A DNA stretch of 64,000 nucleotides from Nitrospirota bacterium (GTDB lineage Bacteria; Nitrospirota; UBA9217): NCBI GenBank assembly GCA_963840455.1, contig CAWIYV010000004.1, positions 96,001 to 160,000 of the forward strand, in the 5' to 3' direction. Below the pieces are notes generated by a model. That model was not told the origin of the DNA. It ran no database searches and saw nothing but the letters and a program-made list of their open reading frames with translations. Position numbers and translations under genes: made by a program. Of this stretch, positions 60,436 through 64,000 are shown piece after piece; within the stretch, counting starts at the first letter, position 1; every line of letters begins with the position of its first letter.

Positions 60436-60557
60436 TTACCTCAGAGAACGCAGAGCCCGCAGAGTTTTAATCTTGAATTCGGAATTCTTAAATCTGAATT
60501 CTTGATTTTAATCTTAAATCTTTTTTTCTCAGCGGTCTCTGCGACCTCTGCGGTGAA
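60436..60557. repeat. CGCAGAG inverted-arm element
   Basis: ACCTCAGAGAACGCAGAGCCCGCAGAG ... CTCAGCGGTCTCTGCGACCTCTGCGGT. Confidence 0.75.
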
Positions 60558-60564
60558 ACAGCAG

Positions 60565-61266
<702 letters not shown>

Positions 61267-61300
61267 GTTCGTTACAAAATAATCTGAAAGCAAGACCTTG

Positions 61301-61389
61301 GAACCGCGAAGGCGCCAAGGTCGCCAAGGAATGAAAAAGCAGAACAAAGATGCACGCTGTTCTTCGCGTCCTTCGCGTCTTTGCGGTAG
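61301..61389. repeat. CGCSAAG inverted-arm element
   Basis: AACCGCGAAGGCGCCAAGGTCGCCAAG ... CTTCGCGTCCTTCGCGTCTTTGCGGT. Confidence 0.75.
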
Positions 61390-61404
61390 AAATTTCCCCG
61401 GATG

Positions 61405-62175
61405 TTATGTATGTCCATGTTCCTTCCCGAGATACGCCTCGATCACCGACGGGTCCTGCTGTATGTCCTTCGGCGCTCCCTCGGCGATCTTGACACCGTG
61501 GTCCAGTACCACCACGCGATCGGAGATGCCCATGACGACCCTCATATCATGCTCGATCAGGATGATGGCCACGCCATTGTCCCGGATCCGGCGGATCAGG
61601 GCCATGAGCTCCTGCGTCTCCTGGGGGTTCATGCCCGCCGCGGGCTCGTCCAGCAGCAGGAGGTGCGGTTCGGTGCCGAGGGCGCGGGCGATCTCGAGCC
61701 GCCGCTGGTCGCCGTAAGAAAGGTTCGCCGCCATGGCATCGTGCTTCGCCTCGAGCCCCGCGAACTTCAGGATGTCCATGGCGCGATAACCCATGCCGCG
61801 CTCTTCCTGCTTCACCTTAGCGGGACGGATGACGGCGCCGAAGAATCCCGCCTTGGTGCGGCAGTGGGCCGCCACCATCACGTTCTCCAGGCACGTCATG
61901 CCGCCGAAGAGCCGGATGTTCTGGAAGGTGCGCGCCACACCCAGGGCCGTGATGTCATGGGGCGCCATGGTCGTCACATCGCGGTCAGTGAAGACCACCC
62001 TCCCCTGCGTGGGCCGGTAGATGCCGGTGATGCAGTTGAAGAACGTGGTCTTGCCGGCGCCGTTCGGGCCAATGATGCTCACGATGCGCTCGCGCTCGAC
62101 GCGGACATCAATGCCTTCGAGGGCCTTCAGGCCGCCGAAGTGCTTGGTGAGGTTTTTGGTTTCCAGTAAGAGCAT
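61405..62175 (-). CDS. livG: Branched-chain amino acid ABC transporter ATPase
   Basis: GPNGAGKTT, RTFQNIRLF, LSYGDQR and DEPAAG motifs. Confidence 0.93.
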   Translation of the reverse strand: MLLLETKNLTKHFGGLKALEGIDVRVERERIVSIIGPNGAGKTTFFNCITGIYRPTQGRVVFTDRDVTTMAPHDITALGVARTFQNIRLFGGMTCLENVMVAAHCRTKAGFFGAVIRPAKVKQEERGMGYRAMDILKFAGLEAKHDAMAANLSYGDQRRLEIARALGTEPHLLLLDEPAAGMNPQETQELMALIRRIRDNGVAIILIEHDMRVVMGISDRVVVLDHGVKIAEGAPKDIQQDPSVIEAYLGKEHGHT

Positions 62176-62199
62176 AGGATCAAATATTAAAAACTACTT

Positions 62200-62884
62200 G
62201 AACACGAATGTCACGAATGGACGAATTGCACGAATAAGAGCATGACAAATACTTGGTTGAGTATTAAGGGAGCAGACAGCTAAAACGAAAATACCACCTG
62301 AACACGAATGGCATGGACAAATTTCACGAATAACATCCGATTATAAAATGGCGGGCTTTGGCTCTTATTCGTGCCATTCGAGAGTTATTCGTGACATTCG
62401 TGACAAGATATCTCTCGTCGGCTTTAACTGAGTGTTGCTCAACCTCTAGTTCACGATCCGCCGAACCTCTACCTTCTTACCTCCGAAATTGATCAGCAGC
62501 CCGAGTTTAAGGCCCGAGGCCTTAAGATAAGACAGTACTTGGCTTTCAAAGATCTTGTTCAATTCCGATACCGCCTTAAACTCAAGCAGGATCTTAGCGT
62601 CTGCGACCGAGTCGAGACGATACTCGCCAATCCTTTCGCCTTTATACATTACGGCCACGATCCTTTGTCTGTCTACCGATACACCTTGATCGGTAAGATC
62701 CCGCTCCATAGCCTCCTCATAGATCTTTTCAGAGTATCCAGGGCCGAGAATATTATGGACCTCATAACAGGCTTGAACGATCTTGTAGGACCACTCTTTA
62801 TGAATGATCCCATCCGGATCATCGCTTTTCTTTCTGTCTTGCGCCGTCATTCGTGACATTCGTCCATTCGTGTCATTCGTGTTA
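62200..62884. mobile_element. Putative GxxExxY-containing element bounded by CACGAAT inverted arms
   Basis: Arm 62200-62236 is the near reverse complement of 62848-62884; an inner empty element lies at 62300-62404. Confidence 0.6.
62446..62850 (-). CDS. GxxExxY protein (PD-(D/E)XK-like)
   Basis: VHNILGPGYSEKIYEEA, YRLD, LLEFKAV, QVLSYL and GLLINFG motifs; start at 62850 or 62928. Confidence 0.93.
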   Translation of the reverse strand: MTAQDRKKSDDPDGIIHKEWSYKIVQACYEVHNILGPGYSEKIYEEAMERDLTDQGVSVDRQRIVAVMYKGERIGEYRLDSVADAKILLEFKAVSELNKIFESQVLSYLKASGLKLGLLINFGGKKVEVRRIVN

Positions 62885-62935
62885 CGCCTTGTCCATTGTC
62901 CTGATGCTTCTTCATTCGTGTTCAGCATTACAGTT

Positions 62936-64000
62936 TCACTTGCTCGTCTTCGCCGTTCCCAAAAGCCCCTGGGGACGGAAGATCATCATCAGCACGAGCG
63001 CGACGCCGAAGCCGAGCATGCGGTAGTCGGCAAAATCGCGGAACACCTCGGGCAGCGTGATCAGGAGGAACGCCCCGAGGATGATGCCCGGGATGCTCCC
63101 CATCCCGCCGAGCACGACCATGCAGAGGATCATGACGGACTCGAAGAAGGTGAAGCTTTCGGGCGAGACAAAGGCCATCTTCGCCGCGAAGAACACCCCG
63201 GTCATCCCCGCCCATGCCGAGGCGATGACGAAGGCCAGCAGTTTCAGCCGGAAGGTGTTGATGCCCATGGCCTCGGCGGCGATCTCGTCCTCGCGGATGG
63301 CGACCCACGCCCTGCCGATGCGCGACACCATGAGCCGGTTCATCGCGAAGACGGTGATGATGGCGATGACGAGGATAAGGTAGTAGTAATCGAGGGGCTT
63401 GGAGAAGACGTGTCCGAAGAGGGACGGCCTGTTGATGCGTGAGATGCCGTTTGGACCTCCCGTTACGCTGTCCGAATTGTTCAGCACGATGCGCGTGATC
63501 TCGCCCAGGCCCAGCGTCACAATGGCGAAATAGTCACCGCGCAGTTTCAGCGTCGAAAGGCCGATCAGGAGCGCCATGAAGGCGGCCGAGGCGGCTCCGG
63601 CAACCAGGCCGGGCCAGAAGGGAAGCCCGAACCGCGTTGAGAGGATGGCGTAGGTGTACGCGCCGATGGCGTAGAACGCCACGTACCCGAGGTTCAGGAG
63701 GCCCGTCTGTCCCACCACGAGGTTCAGGCCCAGGGCAAGGACGGCGTACATGGCCGTGAGGGTCAGCACATCGCGGTAGTAATCGTTCTGGAAGAAGGGA
63801 ATGACGAACAGGAGGACAATGAACAGGGAGAGAACAAGTGGCGAACGGGTCCGCGAGAGGAGGCCACCTGCAGCGGAGCGGATTCCCGAGGCCTTGTACA
63901 TCATTGCCTTGAAGGTCCGGGAAACGGCATCGGCCTTCAGCAGGCCCCGGAGCGCCACACCCGCCAGCACGACCAGAACGACCTGGACCGCCCGCCACGG
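62936..64000 (-). CDS. livM: Branched-chain amino acid ABC transporter permease (5' end outside the window)
   Basis: GLNLVVGQTGLLNLG, LRGDYFAIVTLG, AIREDE and VLGGMGS motifs. Confidence 0.93.
   Translation of the reverse strand, partial: PWRAVQVVLVVLAGVALRGLLKADAVSRTFKAMMYKASGIRSAAGGLLSRTRSPLVLSLFIVLLFVIPFFQNDYYRDVLTLTAMYAVLALGLNLVVGQTGLLNLGYVAFYAIGAYTYAILSTRFGLPFWPGLVAGAASAAFMALLIGLSTLKLRGDYFAIVTLGLGEITRIVLNNSDSVTGGPNGISRINRPSLFGHVFSKPLDYYYLILVIAIITVFAMNRLMVSRIGRAWVAIREDEIAAEAMGINTFRLKLLAFVIASAWAGMTGVFFAAKMAFVSPESFTFFESVMILCMVVLGGMGSIPGIILGAFLLITLPEVFRDFADYRMLGFGVALVLMMIFRPQGLLGTAKTSK

Overview
GC-rich bacterial window. The gene content suggests an anaerobic Nitrospirota- or Desulfobacterota-like genome; this is inference only. 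Conserved anchors are lgt and a ChaN-family gene at the left end, and a CbcBA-like cytochrome b/c module, truA and livMGF at the right end. Between them lies a long accessory region of single small cargo genes, a low-GC defence block (PARIS-like AAA+DUF4435 pair, WYL-HNH, MBL/beta-CASP plus PD-(D/E)XK), an intact IS1202-family IS, an IS30 relic, an integrase-less attC cassette cluster, an Lhr-like helicase, and a sigma54-controlled TauE/USP locus whose Lon protease has a receiver domain inserted in its AAA+ module. The most unusual signals are non-coding. (1) Co-oriented cargo and defence genes are delimited by a recurring TCAAGYCTGACCC-N4-CAGTCC motif and ~100-390 bp direct repeats. (2) The 3' ends of host genes are repeatedly duplicated behind single cargo genes. 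(3) A GxxExxY gene is enclosed by CACGAAT inverted arms that also occur as empty elements. (4) A ~400 bp two-module repeat shows many compensatory base changes. (5) A ~115 bp two-hairpin MITE has inserted into that repeat. Several single-base frameshifts may be assembly errors. All family calls are by eye; no database search was run.
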